IMG/VR virus record: IMGVR_UViG_3300030294_000005
Coordinates: 124,001-188,000 of that record
Reading direction: 5' to 3' (one strand)
Length of the DNA stretch: 64,000 nt
The stretch's first letter is position 1. Each line of letters opens with the position of its first letter. This document shows positions 18,664-29,112 of this stretch, one piece after another. The translations under genes and the position numbers were made by a program. Below the pieces are notes generated by a model, which was not told where the DNA came from, searched no databases, and saw only the letters and a list, made by a program, of their open reading frames with translations.

Positions 18664-19191
18664 TTGCGAATGATTGAATTAAGTAATTTATCAAGAAAAG
18701 GATTAGTATCATTAATAGAGGGATATGATAATTATATTAAAAATGATATATGTGAGGACGAACAAAATTCTTTAAACAGATACCCAGTTAGTATAAATGA
18801 GTATATGAATAATGAGTTCCTACTTAATAAGTCAGAGGATCAATATAAATTAAAAGTAATAAATTTTGGAGAAGAATATACTGATATATTTAGCGAAACA
18901 TCTTTTAATATAATGGAAGTATTTGAAAAGGTTTTAGATGTTAATAATATTACAATTCCTGATATAAATAGAGAAGGAAATGAAGATGAAGCTAGAATAT
19001 TCGGAGACACATACTATTCTATGGAATCAGAAGTTGAAGATATTGTATTAGATTGTGTAAAACGAATATATGATGACTATACTAATAATAATAAAAACAT
19101 ACCTGAGGATTATACTGATATTTATAAAAAAAGTATAACCGAGTGTATCAATCTATTTCATGAAGGAATGAATAATAGTATTAGGGGTTGA
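18664..19191 (+). CDS. hypothetical acidic protein
   Basis: AGGAGAGG RBS; ORF track. Confidence 0.75.
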   Translation: MRMIELSNLSRKGLVSLIEGYDNYIKNDICEDEQNSLNRYPVSINEYMNNEFLLNKSEDQYKLKVINFGEEYTDIFSETSFNIMEVFEKVLDVNNITIPDINREGNEDEARIFGDTYYSMESEVEDIVLDCVKRIYDDYTNNNKNIPEDYTDIYKKSITECINLFHEGMNNSIRG

Positions 19192-19472
19192 TTAACATAT
19201 ATAAAATTTTAAAAAATAAATTGAATGAACTACTTAAAAAAGTAGTTCATTTTTTTAATACCGAAACAAGCTATATAAGAAATTGTAATCAATGTAAATT
19301 TATTAGTATTACAGAAGAGAAACAGACAAATAAAAATATTAATCATGTTTGTTTAAAACATAGAATGAAAGTATTTCATAGAAGCTGTTATCCTAATATA
19401 GAGCATCTATACATATATCCATGTGAATCTTGTAATGGAAAAGATTTTCAAATTAGGATAGAAGGAGAATAA
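19188..19472 (+). CDS. hypothetical zinc-binding protein
   Basis: CNQC...CLKH...CESC. Confidence 0.65.
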   Translation: MINIYKILKNKLNELLKKVVHFFNTETSYIRNCNQCKFISITEEKQTNKNINHVCLKHRMKVFHRSCYPNIEHLYIYPCESCNGKDFQIRIEGE

Positions 19473-19476
19473 AAAT

Positions 19477-19773
19477 ATGGACTTATTTAATAAATTAAAA
19501 AATAAATATGATTATATTCATATTGAATTTTCAGACTATAGCCAAAAAGAATTAAATAAAAAAATAAAAGAATTCCAAGATACTATTAGAAAAGAGAATA
19601 TGACAATTCCTAATATTAATGACCAAATAATATTAACTAATCCATATTATTTTGATAAGATAATAGGATGCCTTCATAATTATGCTGCAGAGATAAACGG
19701 TCATATATTAAAAGATATTAAATATACAATTGCAATGTTTGTTACCTATGATGATAGTGTATTAAATAGATAA
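19477..19773 (+). CDS. hypothetical protein
   Basis: AAGGAG RBS; ORF track. Confidence 0.7.
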   Translation: MDLFNKLKNKYDYIHIEFSDYSQKELNKKIKEFQDTIRKENMTIPNINDQIILTNPYYFDKIIGCLHNYAAEINGHILKDIKYTIAMFVTYDDSVLNR

Positions 19774-19779
19774 TCAATG

Positions 19780-19824
19780 AATGCTATTATGTAATAACAT
19801 ATACATAATAGCATTTTATTTTTT
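19780..19824 (+). terminator. terminator hairpin that contains a late-type promoter motif
   Basis: 14-bp stem AATGCTATTATGTA/TACATAATAGCATT and T-run. Confidence 0.7.
19796..19807 (+). promoter_or_regulatory. late-type promoter motif AACA-N6-TA inside the hairpin
   Basis: AACATATACATA spanning the loop and 3' arm. Confidence 0.5.
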
Positions 19825-19845
19825 ATAAGTAAGGAGGATATAATT

Positions 19846-21087
19846 ATGGATGAAATAGATAAACTTTATAGCTCATTATGCATTCCCTCATCTGCAAACT
19901 CTTATGGAATTGCAATTGAATATATGAGAAATTGGTTTGTATCAAAATTTGATGTAGATTATTGGAAAGTTGTTTATGTAGATGGAAAGTTTATATTGGA
20001 TGACTTTAGAAAATTTAATCATCACGACTCTATTAAAACAATGAAACCTTCTTTATCAATTGTTCCACAAGTTACATTTGAACATGATAGAGAACGAGTA
20101 GATTTATATCAAGGAAGTTTACATCAATTAATAAATAGATCTAGAGAAGATTCAGCATTCTTTAAAGATCGTGATAAAAATATGTTTGTAAGTTTAATGA
20201 TGGAACAATTACAAATGAATTTTACATTTAGAATGAAAGTAAGTTCAAGAGCACAACAAGTAGAATTGTATAAATATATTCAAATGGCATTTAGAATAGG
20301 ATCTACACAAGGGGAATATATAGATATAGATTTTCATATCCCATATACTTTAATTTTACAATTAGCTGCTGATAGTGGATTCGAAATTATTGATGAAAAG
20401 ATAAAAAACGTATTATCTTTCGTTAAATATTTAAATGAACACTCCATACTTCCTATTTTATATAAGTATAGGAATGTAAATGGTAAGAATGAGTTCTTTA
20501 TAAGGATGCCCAATATGTATGCTCATATATCATGTCAAGATGCACCATCAGCAGATGATGGAGACCGTGAAGGTATGATATTTAATAACTTTATGATAGA
20601 TATGAATGTAATATTACAAATGCCAATGCCAAAGGCATATTCATTTTATTCATTAAAACCACCAGATATTATAAAGCATATTGATACTAATGATACTGGT
20701 AGTCCTGCTGTTATAAGTATTGAACTTATGAATTATCCAGAGAAGAATTCTAAAGGTTGGGATAAATTTATAACTACTGATTATTATGAAGAAAATATTA
20801 TTAAACCATTAGTAATAGATTTTGCTGAATTATTTGATGATAGTGAAATATTAAGAACTATAAAATATAATAATAATATTCAGATATCATCTAGTATATT
20901 TATAGATTTTATTATAAATAATAACGGGAAGATAATACCATATACAATAGATTGGAAAGAGTTAAAATTAAATACAGATACTGTAGTTATATCAGAAAAT
21001 ACTAATATAGCTATATATATAGATTTAGGATATATAAATGATACAATAATAAATTTAACAGAATTGAATGAAGATAGACTTAGATAG
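19846..21087 (+). CDS. putative virion structural protein
   Basis: 413 aa, AGGAGG RBS, late-type motif upstream; function inferred. Confidence 0.5.
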   Translation: MDEIDKLYSSLCIPSSANSYGIAIEYMRNWFVSKFDVDYWKVVYVDGKFILDDFRKFNHHDSIKTMKPSLSIVPQVTFEHDRERVDLYQGSLHQLINRSREDSAFFKDRDKNMFVSLMMEQLQMNFTFRMKVSSRAQQVELYKYIQMAFRIGSTQGEYIDIDFHIPYTLILQLAADSGFEIIDEKIKNVLSFVKYLNEHSILPILYKYRNVNGKNEFFIRMPNMYAHISCQDAPSADDGDREGMIFNNFMIDMNVILQMPMPKAYSFYSLKPPDIIKHIDTNDTGSPAVISIELMNYPEKNSKGWDKFITTDYYEENIIKPLVIDFAELFDDSEILRTIKYNNNIQISSSIFIDFIINNNGKIIPYTIDWKELKLNTDTVVISENTNIAIYIDLGYINDTIINLTELNEDRLR

Positions 21088-21102
21088 TCTATCTTCTTTT
21101 TT
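21070..21102. terminator. terminator between convergent genes
   Basis: GAAGATAGACT/AGTCTATCTTC stem and T-run. Confidence 0.7.
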
Positions 21103-21562
21103 ATTTATAAAATTTATTTATAGCATCCAACATAGATACTGAATTTGTTGCTTCATTGTTTCTAGTAATAACTTCATCTATTGTTGTATTAATATCTGGT
21201 TCTTCTTCATCTTCTGAATAGTTATCAAACTCTTCTAATAATTTATTTGTAAATATTAAATTATTTATATATCCTTTAACATTTACATCATCTATTTTAT
21301 TAGATATTGTTATATTTTCTTTTTCTAACTCAATATAAAATGTATCTCTAATTTCTTCACAAACATTATCCATATTAATAGTTTCTATATTTGTTTCTTT
21401 TAATATATTTCTGCATATAGATAATAGTAAATATTCATAATCATCTATATTGAATTTATTATGTGTATTAAATTTATAATCAGACCTTCTACTTAATAAA
21501 AAATATCCTATTATTAATAATTCTATAGCACATAATAACATCAAAATTTTATTCATAATCAA
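21101..21562 (-). CDS. hypothetical protein with N-terminal TM helix
   Basis: GGGAGAGA RBS; hydrophobic N-terminus. Confidence 0.7.
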   Translation of the reverse strand: MIMNKILMLLCAIELLIIGYFLLSRRSDYKFNTHNKFNIDDYEYLLLSICRNILKETNIETINMDNVCEEIRDTFYIELEKENITISNKIDDVNVKGYINNLIFTNKLLEEFDNYSEDEEEPDINTTIDEVITRNNEATNSVSMLDAINKFYK

Positions 21563-21586
21563 TCTCTCCCATATAATTTTATTATT

Positions 21587-21618
21587 AAAAAAGAAGAAGA
21601 GAATATTCTCTTCTTCTT
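21587..21618 (-). terminator. intrinsic terminator (minus strand)
   Basis: Perfect palindrome AAGAAGAAGAGAATATTCTCTTCTTCTT with an adjacent A-run. Confidence 0.7.
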
Positions 21619-21633
21619 ATATTGTTTAATATT

Positions 21634-22251
21634 TTATTTAGTGCTATCAGTTACAATAGGAGTAGCAACATGATCAAGCTCATCAGTAGTATCCACTTCT
21701 GCTTCAATAGGAACTTTAACTCCATCTGCTATTTTATCAGTTACTTCAGCAGGTGTATCATTACCTTCAATTTTATCAGTAGCAGTATCTTTACTTGTTG
21801 TTAAATCAATAACTGTTGCTGCATTAATAATAGAAGGTTCAAGTTTATCTATAGATGCACCATTGACTAAATATTTTGATGCATTAATTTTAGCTAAAGC
21901 TGCATCAACTAATTGATCCAATAATGTTATTCTTTGATCTGTAATTGTTAAATTAAATTGTTCACATAATTGAAGAACATATGACATTACTTGATCTCTT
22001 GTTGTAGTATTCATTGATTCATCAATGAATTTAGTAGTAAGAATAATTATATTTGAAATAGTTTTAAATTCTTTATTATTTGTTAAGTTTAACTCATTAA
22101 CAAATTCAACTGATAGCCCTAATACACCTACAACTTGATCTAAATCTGTATCGGTTATTAGGTTTTTGCTCTTTAAATATTTTGATAAAATAACAAATAA
22201 CAATGTTGCGGCAATAATTAATAATATTAATACTATAGAATAGTCTGGCAT
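21634..22251 (-). CDS. LL-H-family holin-like membrane protein with acidic tail
   Basis: N-terminal TM followed by SKYLKSK and a helical domain ending LLDQLVDAALAKIN. Confidence 0.45.
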   Translation of the reverse strand: MPDYSIVLILLIIAATLLFVILSKYLKSKNLITDTDLDQVVGVLGLSVEFVNELNLTNNKEFKTISNIIILTTKFIDESMNTTTRDQVMSYVLQLCEQFNLTITDQRITLLDQLVDAALAKINASKYLVNGASIDKLEPSIINAATVIDLTTSKDTATDKIEGNDTPAEVTDKIADGVKVPIEAEVDTTDELDHVATPIVTDSTK

Positions 22252-22272
22252 TTTAAATGCACTTCCTTTTTT

Positions 22273-22572
22273 TTATTTTGTAGTTTCCTCGATTACAGCA
22301 GGATCAATAGAATCCGTGGTAGAAGTTCCAGAAGATGGATCATTTGTAATTGCAGTTGCCGCTGTGGTTATCTTGTAATAATTTTCAATTCCCGCTTTAC
22401 CAAAATATGATACTATTACAGTCATTGGTAATGGTAAGATAGATCCATATAATTGAAATAAATCTTTTCCATATTTTATATAAGCAAATTCAACTGAAAA
22501 AAATGCTATAATATAAAATATAACTATAACCCATGCTAATTGCTTTGATGTAGTTAAAGTTTTAATATTCAT
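22273..22572 (-). CDS. small 2-TM holin-like membrane protein
   Basis: AGGAGG RBS; two TM segments, YFGKAGIEN. Confidence 0.5.
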   Translation of the reverse strand: MNIKTLTTSKQLAWVIVIFYIIAFFSVEFAYIKYGKDLFQLYGSILPLPMTVIVSYFGKAGIENYYKITTAATAITNDPSSGTSTTDSIDPAVIEETTK

Positions 22573-22592
22573 AGTTATTAAGCCCTCCTTTT

Positions 22593-22604
22593 TATAATAT
22601 TGTT
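22593..22604 (-). promoter_or_regulatory. late-type promoter motif AACA-N6-TA
   Basis: AACAATATTATA on the minus strand. Confidence 0.5.
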
Positions 22605-22618
22605 ATTTTATTACAATT

Positions 22619-25555
22619 TTATTTGATTAATATATTCCCATCCGAATCAGTTTCAACATAAGGAATAGTTTCTGCATAATCATAAGATATTAATTCAGGC
22701 AAATTATCTGAATTTATTTTAATTGTAATAGTTCTTAAGAAATAGTCTCTTATTATTTGTTTTGTTATTTCACTATTATCAATTTTTCCAGTCTTAATAT
22801 CACTCTCTGTATTATTTATAATGTTTCCATTTGAATATAACATGTTTAAATCAGTATCACTTAATGAATCAATAGTGCTATCATATATATTATTATTTGA
22901 GCTAAATAATTCATTAATTGTATCTTCATCATTAGCATGTCTTAATATTGATAAATTACTTATAGTTCCAATATTATTTAGAATCTTAGCTTTATGAGAA
23001 TCTATATTTAATATACTATCTGAACTTACTTTTTTGCCATTCATAAATACAAAATATAGATCTTTATCAAAGGCATATGGTAATTTTAATTTATCAATAA
23101 GTATATTACCATCAGTTGGAATTATAGGAGCTGCTGCTACTTCACTTATTTCTTCTGGAACATAGAAAAAATCTATTTTATCATTTGCTTTTAATGGGAT
23201 TCCTATATATAATGATATCTCATCAAAAGGATTAATTTTATTTACATTAGTTAATTGAAAATCAGCGATGTCTATTTTTCTTCCGTTTATGAATATCATA
23301 TAGTTATTCTTATTCTGACAGTATGCAAATTCTTTAGGTAATCTAAAGTTAGCAATTGACTGTTTTAATATAACGTAATAATATCTAAATTGTCTAGAAG
23401 AAGCGAAATATAGGGTTCTATCATAATAATATGAATCCTTTAATGTTATGCTTATTCTAGATTCATCTATTCTTTCTGCTGAAAAATCAACTTTATATCT
23501 AAGATAATCACTATTTGGTATATCAAATGTTTTATTATAAGCATCTCTTGAAAAAATTCTTAGATTCTTAATATCTATATTAGAGTCTAAATAGTAGATG
23601 TTATCGTTATCTGATATAATTTTACTTTCCAATATTCTATTATCAATATCTTTAAACATAATTATTTCTACAATATCAGTAGACTTGATTCCTATGATAG
23701 GAAAGGTAAAACTATTTCCAAAATAAGTGGTATAACTATAATACTTATATATTTCTCCATTTACAAATATTATAGGATAGTTTAATAGTCCTTGTTTATT
23801 AGTTCTTGACATCGTTATATATCCAGTATTACTTACTATACTTAATAAATAGGTTCCAGTATATTGATGTACATCTATTTTATTTAATTCTTTATATACA
23901 TCACTCAACAGTCCTGGATTATAATTTATGATATAATATAACGCACTAGTTATATTATCTGAATATGATCTATTTTTATCAAATTTAAAATCAAACGGTT
24001 CTGCTAATGCTTCAATATAAGTTGGAACAATAGTTGAAGAAGTTATTACATTTATAGCATTAGTTGTATTTGGTATATTTAATATATTATCTTTAGATTG
24101 ATTTCCATATATATAATAAAATAGTTTATATAGAATATTATTTACATAATATCCACCATCATCTACTAAGAAAGTATTCAATCCATAAAAGTCTATTTTT
24201 CTATCACTATATAACTTTCCATTCTTAAATATTAATGGATTAGTTTCTGAAATTTTATAGTTTGGATTAATACCAGTAGATTGAACTTTGCCTGGGGTTA
24301 GATAGTTACTTTCATAATAAATATATGGATCATCTAAATCTACAGTACATGATTGTCCATTTAACGAAGTAACACAAAATCCACTTTCATCAAACGCAAA
24401 TATATTATTTGGAGATAATACTGATTGATTTTCATTATATTTAATATTAAATGGTAGTATTACCATCTCAGGTTCTGGTAATATAATATTATCTTTCAAA
24501 TCTATAAAAGATAAATCTTTAAATGTTGATTTATTCTGAGAGTAACAACTATATCCATATTGTTTAGGTCCTACAAATAATTGTAGAACTGGATCAGAAG
24601 TAAGATCTATAGATAGTTTTGTCATCGGATCTAATGTATTACTATTGAATTGACTTGTTGTAGCATAAACAGTAGTTTCAGCTCTTTCTATTTTTATAGT
24701 ACATCCTCTTGGTAATGCAGCCCATCCTGTTCCAGTGGCATTGGTTATAAATCTACTGCCATCTATTATTAGTTTTTGATTACTCTGACCATAATTATAT
24801 ACAATCATCCATTTTGCTAATATTCCATTAACAAGCATTCCACCATTAGTAGTTCCTGGGCATCTTATTGCACTTAATGTATGCTCTTTACCCGTTTCAT
24901 CTTTATGAAATGCTATTACTGTTCCTATGATATCATCATCAGGATCAACAGATGTTATAGTAACTTGATGCACATAATCACTATATTTTTTATCACTAAT
25001 AAATCCTATATAGGTTGTAGAATTTATGGAGCATTCTACTGCTTCAGTTGCTGGATTATATATCCATTGAGATAATTCATTTACATTTGCTGGAAAAGTT
25101 CCATAAGTATTATGAGAAAATCTTTCCCATGTATTAAATATATCTTCCATAGAAGCTGTTTTACTCATTGGTACGTAACATGAAGACAGATCAAAGTTTT
25201 CTATCAATATATATCTATCTTTAAAATCATGTACTAATTTTATATTTGACCATTTAATAAATTTTCCATTTAAAAAAATTAGAAATGGGTGTAGTTCTTT
25301 ACCAGTTACCATATTAGCAATATAGTCTGTAAATATAGTTCTTTTTAGATTGTAGTATATTGGTAGATTCTTTATTAATAATATGAGTCTTCCATCATTA
25401 TATACAAATTCTTGACCATCTATAAAATATGTTTGTTGTACTTCTGCTGTCATTTTGTAAAGTGCAGGAACTTTACATTCCTGCACCTCTTTTAATACTA
25501 AATTTGTATTATGCCTAAGATCTTCAATTTTCTTAATAATTTTATCTAGTATCAT
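22619..25555 (-). CDS. large putative baseplate/tail structural protein with inserted lectin-like domain
   Basis: 978 aa; repeated [LI]F.NG(K/E) beta motifs; DDDIIGTVIAF segment resembling TSP C-terminal/L-lectin fold. Confidence 0.55.
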   Translation of the reverse strand: MILDKIIKKIEDLRHNTNLVLKEVQECKVPALYKMTAEVQQTYFIDGQEFVYNDGRLILLIKNLPIYYNLKRTIFTDYIANMVTGKELHPFLIFLNGKFIKWSNIKLVHDFKDRYILIENFDLSSCYVPMSKTASMEDIFNTWERFSHNTYGTFPANVNELSQWIYNPATEAVECSINSTTYIGFISDKKYSDYVHQVTITSVDPDDDIIGTVIAFHKDETGKEHTLSAIRCPGTTNGGMLVNGILAKWMIVYNYGQSNQKLIIDGSRFITNATGTGWAALPRGCTIKIERAETTVYATTSQFNSNTLDPMTKLSIDLTSDPVLQLFVGPKQYGYSCYSQNKSTFKDLSFIDLKDNIILPEPEMVILPFNIKYNENQSVLSPNNIFAFDESGFCVTSLNGQSCTVDLDDPYIYYESNYLTPGKVQSTGINPNYKISETNPLIFKNGKLYSDRKIDFYGLNTFLVDDGGYYVNNILYKLFYYIYGNQSKDNILNIPNTTNAINVITSSTIVPTYIEALAEPFDFKFDKNRSYSDNITSALYYIINYNPGLLSDVYKELNKIDVHQYTGTYLLSIVSNTGYITMSRTNKQGLLNYPIIFVNGEIYKYYSYTTYFGNSFTFPIIGIKSTDIVEIIMFKDIDNRILESKIISDNDNIYYLDSNIDIKNLRIFSRDAYNKTFDIPNSDYLRYKVDFSAERIDESRISITLKDSYYYDRTLYFASSRQFRYYYVILKQSIANFRLPKEFAYCQNKNNYMIFINGRKIDIADFQLTNVNKINPFDEISLYIGIPLKANDKIDFFYVPEEISEVAAAPIIPTDGNILIDKLKLPYAFDKDLYFVFMNGKKVSSDSILNIDSHKAKILNNIGTISNLSILRHANDEDTINELFSSNNNIYDSTIDSLSDTDLNMLYSNGNIINNTESDIKTGKIDNSEITKQIIRDYFLRTITIKINSDNLPELISYDYAETIPYVETDSDGNILIK

Positions 25556-26487
25556 ACCGCCTCAGCTCCTACCTTTAAAATACAAGTCGTAAACGTTATA
25601 AGTTTATTTCCTATTATTTTCTCAATTGTTTTCTGATTGTTTAAATAACAACCTACATATACATTTGTCATCATTGTTGCAAAAGCAGGATATAATTCTA
25701 ATGCAAAATGACTGCCTGTTCCATATAAATATATCCATTTCTCTAAGAATACATCTAAAGTTAATTTAGGAATCTTTAATATCTTTCCTATCTCTTGAAT
25801 AAAGAAGTTTATATTTATAAATGCTTTCTCAATATCTAATTGTAAAAATAGTATTTCTTCTTCTCTTTCAGATAGTCCAGATATAGTTCTTGCTACAGCC
25901 TTACTATTATCATCTAAATCTTTTTGAAGTATATTTATTTGATAATATAATGCTGATAAATATAAACATTTATCTCTAGAAGTAGCTGCAGATGTTATCT
26001 TATATAAATAGTCTACTATATAAGTAAATAATGAACTGAAACAATATGCTCCATCTCTTATTATTTCAGTTTTCATTAATAGTCTCTTTGAATCCATATA
26101 ATATATCATTGTATTTAATGCAGATACTAGATACGCAATAAATATATCTATATTACCACATGTATATTTACCATCAACTAGATTTATTACATCAGCATCA
26201 ATAAATATCTTTAGTTTTTTATCCCCAGATTTTATATCACTAGCTGCAAATACTTTAAATGCTTTTGGTAATGGATTTTCAGATTTTAATAATATAATAT
26301 TTTTAGACATTAATACTTTAACTAAAGAATTAGATACTTGTCTTTTCTTTACTTCATATACAATATCAGAAAAGGCATCACCATCTGTATCTATTACATC
26401 TGAATTCATTATAAACTCAAATATTTTCTTCTCATACTGTCCTAGATTATATAAATAGGTATTAGAATAATTTTTAGTATTTTCCAT
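25552..26487 (-). CDS. conserved-looking hypothetical (putative virion) protein
   Basis: AGGAGGT RBS; operon with 22619..25555. Confidence 0.6.
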   Translation of the reverse strand: MENTKNYSNTYLYNLGQYEKKIFEFIMNSDVIDTDGDAFSDIVYEVKKRQVSNSLVKVLMSKNIILLKSENPLPKAFKVFAASDIKSGDKKLKIFIDADVINLVDGKYTCGNIDIFIAYLVSALNTMIYYMDSKRLLMKTEIIRDGAYCFSSLFTYIVDYLYKITSAATSRDKCLYLSALYYQINILQKDLDDNSKAVARTISGLSEREEEILFLQLDIEKAFININFFIQEIGKILKIPKLTLDVFLEKWIYLYGTGSHFALELYPAFATMMTNVYVGCYLNNQKTIEKIIGNKLITFTTCILKVGAEAV

Positions 26488-26492
26488 AATAA

Positions 26493-27335
26493 TTACCTCC
26501 TTAAAATTAACTTGTCTGATGAGAATCCTGATGCTTTCTTATGTCCACCACCACCATACTTTTCAGCAAGTTTTGAACAGTCTACATCATCGTTAACAGT
26601 AAATATAGAATAAGATACTATGTCACCTTTGAAAACAAATGTAGATACAATATCATAATCATTTATTCTATCACCAAATATCATACCATTATCTCTTTTA
26701 TTTACGGCTAAGCATTTCAGATCTTCAAATGTACATTCAAAACCATACTTAGTTATATATTCTAAATTAATTTTTAATACATATTGATATATAACTTTTC
26801 CATTTTCAATAATTTCATTAGTGGTTTTATCATCCATAAGCATCCATGTACTTGACAATGCTGAATAATCTAATGCTTCAAGACCAAATTTAAAATTAAT
26901 TGTTTCATCTTTAAATTTATATATCCAACAATCAAAATCACTTACCAATTGAATATATCTAGGACAATCCTCTAACTTATCAACATTATTTAAATACATA
27001 TAAGCTAATGCTGCTCCAGATATATTATTTTTTCTTAATCCTTTAATCTTATCATACTGTGGAAATTTTTTAATCAGTTTAAAACTTGATTCGTGATGAT
27101 CTATCCATTCAACATTCTTAGTAATTTTTAATAAAGCAATAAGACTATCTACAGTTTCAATACTAAAAGAATAATCTACAATATATACTTTTTCATTTTT
27201 ACTTAATATATCTAGAGGAATAGTTCTATCATAATTCATTTCAATATAGTCTTTAGGATTATAATTATTTTCATGTTCTGCAACTATAGCAGCAGCTGAT
27301 CTACCATCTATATCATCATGATGATAACATTTCAT
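26493..27335 (-). CDS. DHH/DHHA1 phosphoesterase
   Basis: HHDDIDG, IVDYS, WIDHH, GGGGHKKASGF motifs; start moved to second Met after AGGAG RBS. Confidence 0.9.
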   Translation of the reverse strand: MKCYHHDDIDGRSAAAIVAEHENNYNPKDYIEMNYDRTIPLDILSKNEKVYIVDYSFSIETVDSLIALLKITKNVEWIDHHESSFKLIKKFPQYDKIKGLRKNNISGAALAYMYLNNVDKLEDCPRYIQLVSDFDCWIYKFKDETINFKFGLEALDYSALSSTWMLMDDKTTNEIIENGKVIYQYVLKINLEYITKYGFECTFEDLKCLAVNKRDNGMIFGDRINDYDIVSTFVFKGDIVSYSIFTVNDDVDCSKLAEKYGGGGHKKASGFSSDKLILRR

Positions 27336-27363
27336 CTTTTCATCTCTCCTTTTCATTTTTATT

Positions 27364-27375
27364 TACTTATATGTT
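27364..27375 (-). promoter_or_regulatory. late-type promoter motif AACA-N6-TA
   Basis: AACATATAAGTA on the minus strand. Confidence 0.6.
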
Positions 27376-27437
27376 AAAAAATATAATTTTATACTATGTA
27401 CTTAACTTACTAATAATTTAAGGGGGTAAGTAAATAT

Positions 27438-28169
27438 ATGATAGAGAGTGAGTTAAAATCATATAATATTGATTATGATTTAATAGATAGCAATAAATAT
27501 TTTTATAATAAAAATCCTGTTCCAAGAGTAACACAATTATTAAGTGAAATACATGAGGACTATCTAATGATGTGGGCAAATTCATTAGGGTTTAGACATA
27601 AAAAATATAAAGATGAATTAAATACTGCTGCTTTTATAGGAACTAGTGTTCATAATTTTATAGAAGAGTACTTAAGAAAAAAGATATATACAGAGTTAAA
27701 ACAACAAGATAGCGAATACTATAAAAAAATAAACAATGGGGTTAATTCATTTTTATTATGGTATTTAGATGTATTTAGAAATAATAAAATAGATATTGTT
27801 GGAATGGAACAACAATTAGTATGTCCATGGTTTGGTGGAACATATGATTTACTTATAAGAATAAATGGTAAGTTATATCTTGGTGATTTTAAAACAAGTA
27901 ATCATATAGGATATAAATATTTTATGCAATTAGCAGCATATAAATATATACTAGAAAATTATCAAAATATAAAAATAGACGGATGTCTAATTCTTCAATT
28001 AGATAAAAATGTCATAGGATATGAAGAATACTTTCTAGATTTTAATAATAAAGAACACTCAGAATTTATGCTTCAATGTACTAATACTTTTTTATCATTA
28101 GTATATACTTACTATAATAAACTACAAACAATGGATATGTATAAAAATATTTTTAATAAGAGGAGATGA
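27438..28169 (+). CDS. PD-(D/E)XK (Cas4/RecB-like) exonuclease
   Basis: PRVTQLL, GTSVH, GGTYDLL, GDFKTS, QLAAY. Confidence 0.85.
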   Translation: MIESELKSYNIDYDLIDSNKYFYNKNPVPRVTQLLSEIHEDYLMMWANSLGFRHKKYKDELNTAAFIGTSVHNFIEEYLRKKIYTELKQQDSEYYKKINNGVNSFLLWYLDVFRNNKIDIVGMEQQLVCPWFGGTYDLLIRINGKLYLGDFKTSNHIGYKYFMQLAAYKYILENYQNIKIDGCLILQLDKNVIGYEEYFLDFNNKEHSEFMLQCTNTFLSLVYTYYNKLQTMDMYKNIFNKRR

Positions 28170-28612
28170 GTTTAACAATGGGAGATAATAGAATAATAAA
28201 TTTTATTTTAGAAGGGCATAGTTTTATTTCTAAAATATTATACTATTTTAAATTAAAAAAAGAAATAATTAATTATGATACATTAAATGATTATTTCAAT
28301 TTTCTGAATTATTTAGAAAAGATATTCTTTTATAATAATTCAATGAAGTCACCAATAAGCACACACTTTAATAATACTGGTAAATATATAATATTAGTAG
28401 ATAAAGCTAAAAATCAAATATATATTTCTTGTAAAAGTGATGGAGAATTATCTATTAGGATATATAGAAAAGTTGGACATGATATGGAAAGTAATATCAA
28501 ATTTAATTATAGTGAATTTGATAAAGTAACAGCATATGATAAATTTATTATAGAAAGTATATTTAGAACTGTAAAGTTACGTATATCATCACTATATCTA
28601 GAATATGTATAA
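28166..28612 (+). CDS. hypothetical protein
   Basis: ATGA overlap; AGGAG RBS. Confidence 0.7.
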   Translation: MSLTMGDNRIINFILEGHSFISKILYYFKLKKEIINYDTLNDYFNFLNYLEKIFFYNNSMKSPISTHFNNTGKYIILVDKAKNQIYISCKSDGELSIRIYRKVGHDMESNIKFNYSEFDKVTAYDKFIIESIFRTVKLRISSLYLEYV

Positions 28613-28620
28613 AAATAAAT

Positions 28621-28652
28621 AAGACATAGCATTGCTGCTATGTCTTTCTTTT
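28621..28652. terminator. terminator between convergent genes
   Basis: AAGACATAGCA/TGCTATGTCTT stem. Confidence 0.7.
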
Positions 28653-29087
28653 ATTACATACTTTATTAGGTGGGGTACTATTTATTTTAGTACTTGTCTT
28701 ATTGATAGGCTTGGTATTTACTTTACCAACTGGCCTAGTTCTTCTTTTATTTTTACCATCCAATTCATCTAAATCAATATTAATATTACTTTTAGTAATA
28801 ATAGTTAATACTGTTTTTAGCACAACCTTCGCTAAATCATATCCGAATAATCCGCCGACACCAGCATAAATTGTAATTGATATAATATCTGAGGACTTTA
28901 AATATTTTACTGCAAACAGCCCTACAATCCATCCGCTAAATCCATGTAGAATCACTTCTGCAAAAAAAATAAAAAATGATTCAGTATTATCTTTAGATTT
29001 ATCGTTTATTTCTTTAGATATAGCCCCAAAAAAAGCTATTATAGCGGTATATAGTATAGTAGAGAAGTTATTATTTCCTAGTATCAT
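28638..29087 (-). CDS. holin-like membrane protein (3 TM, basic tail)
   Basis: AFFGAI, GFSGWIVGL, AGVGGLFG TM segments; Lys/Arg-rich C-terminus; downstream of endolysin. Confidence 0.6.
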   Translation of the reverse strand: MILGNNNFSTILYTAIIAFFGAISKEINDKSKDNTESFFIFFAEVILHGFSGWIVGLFAVKYLKSSDIISITIYAGVGGLFGYDLAKVVLKTVLTIITKSNINIDLDELDGKNKRRTRPVGKVNTKPINKTSTKINSTPPNKVCNKRKT

Positions 29088-29112
29088 AGTAAACTTCTCC
29101 CTTACAATTGAT

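Noticed and set aside
27438-28169. Cas4 / CRISPR adaptation role
   Set aside because: It lacks the four-Cys Fe-S cluster pattern and there are no cas genes or array; this is a common phage exonuclease.
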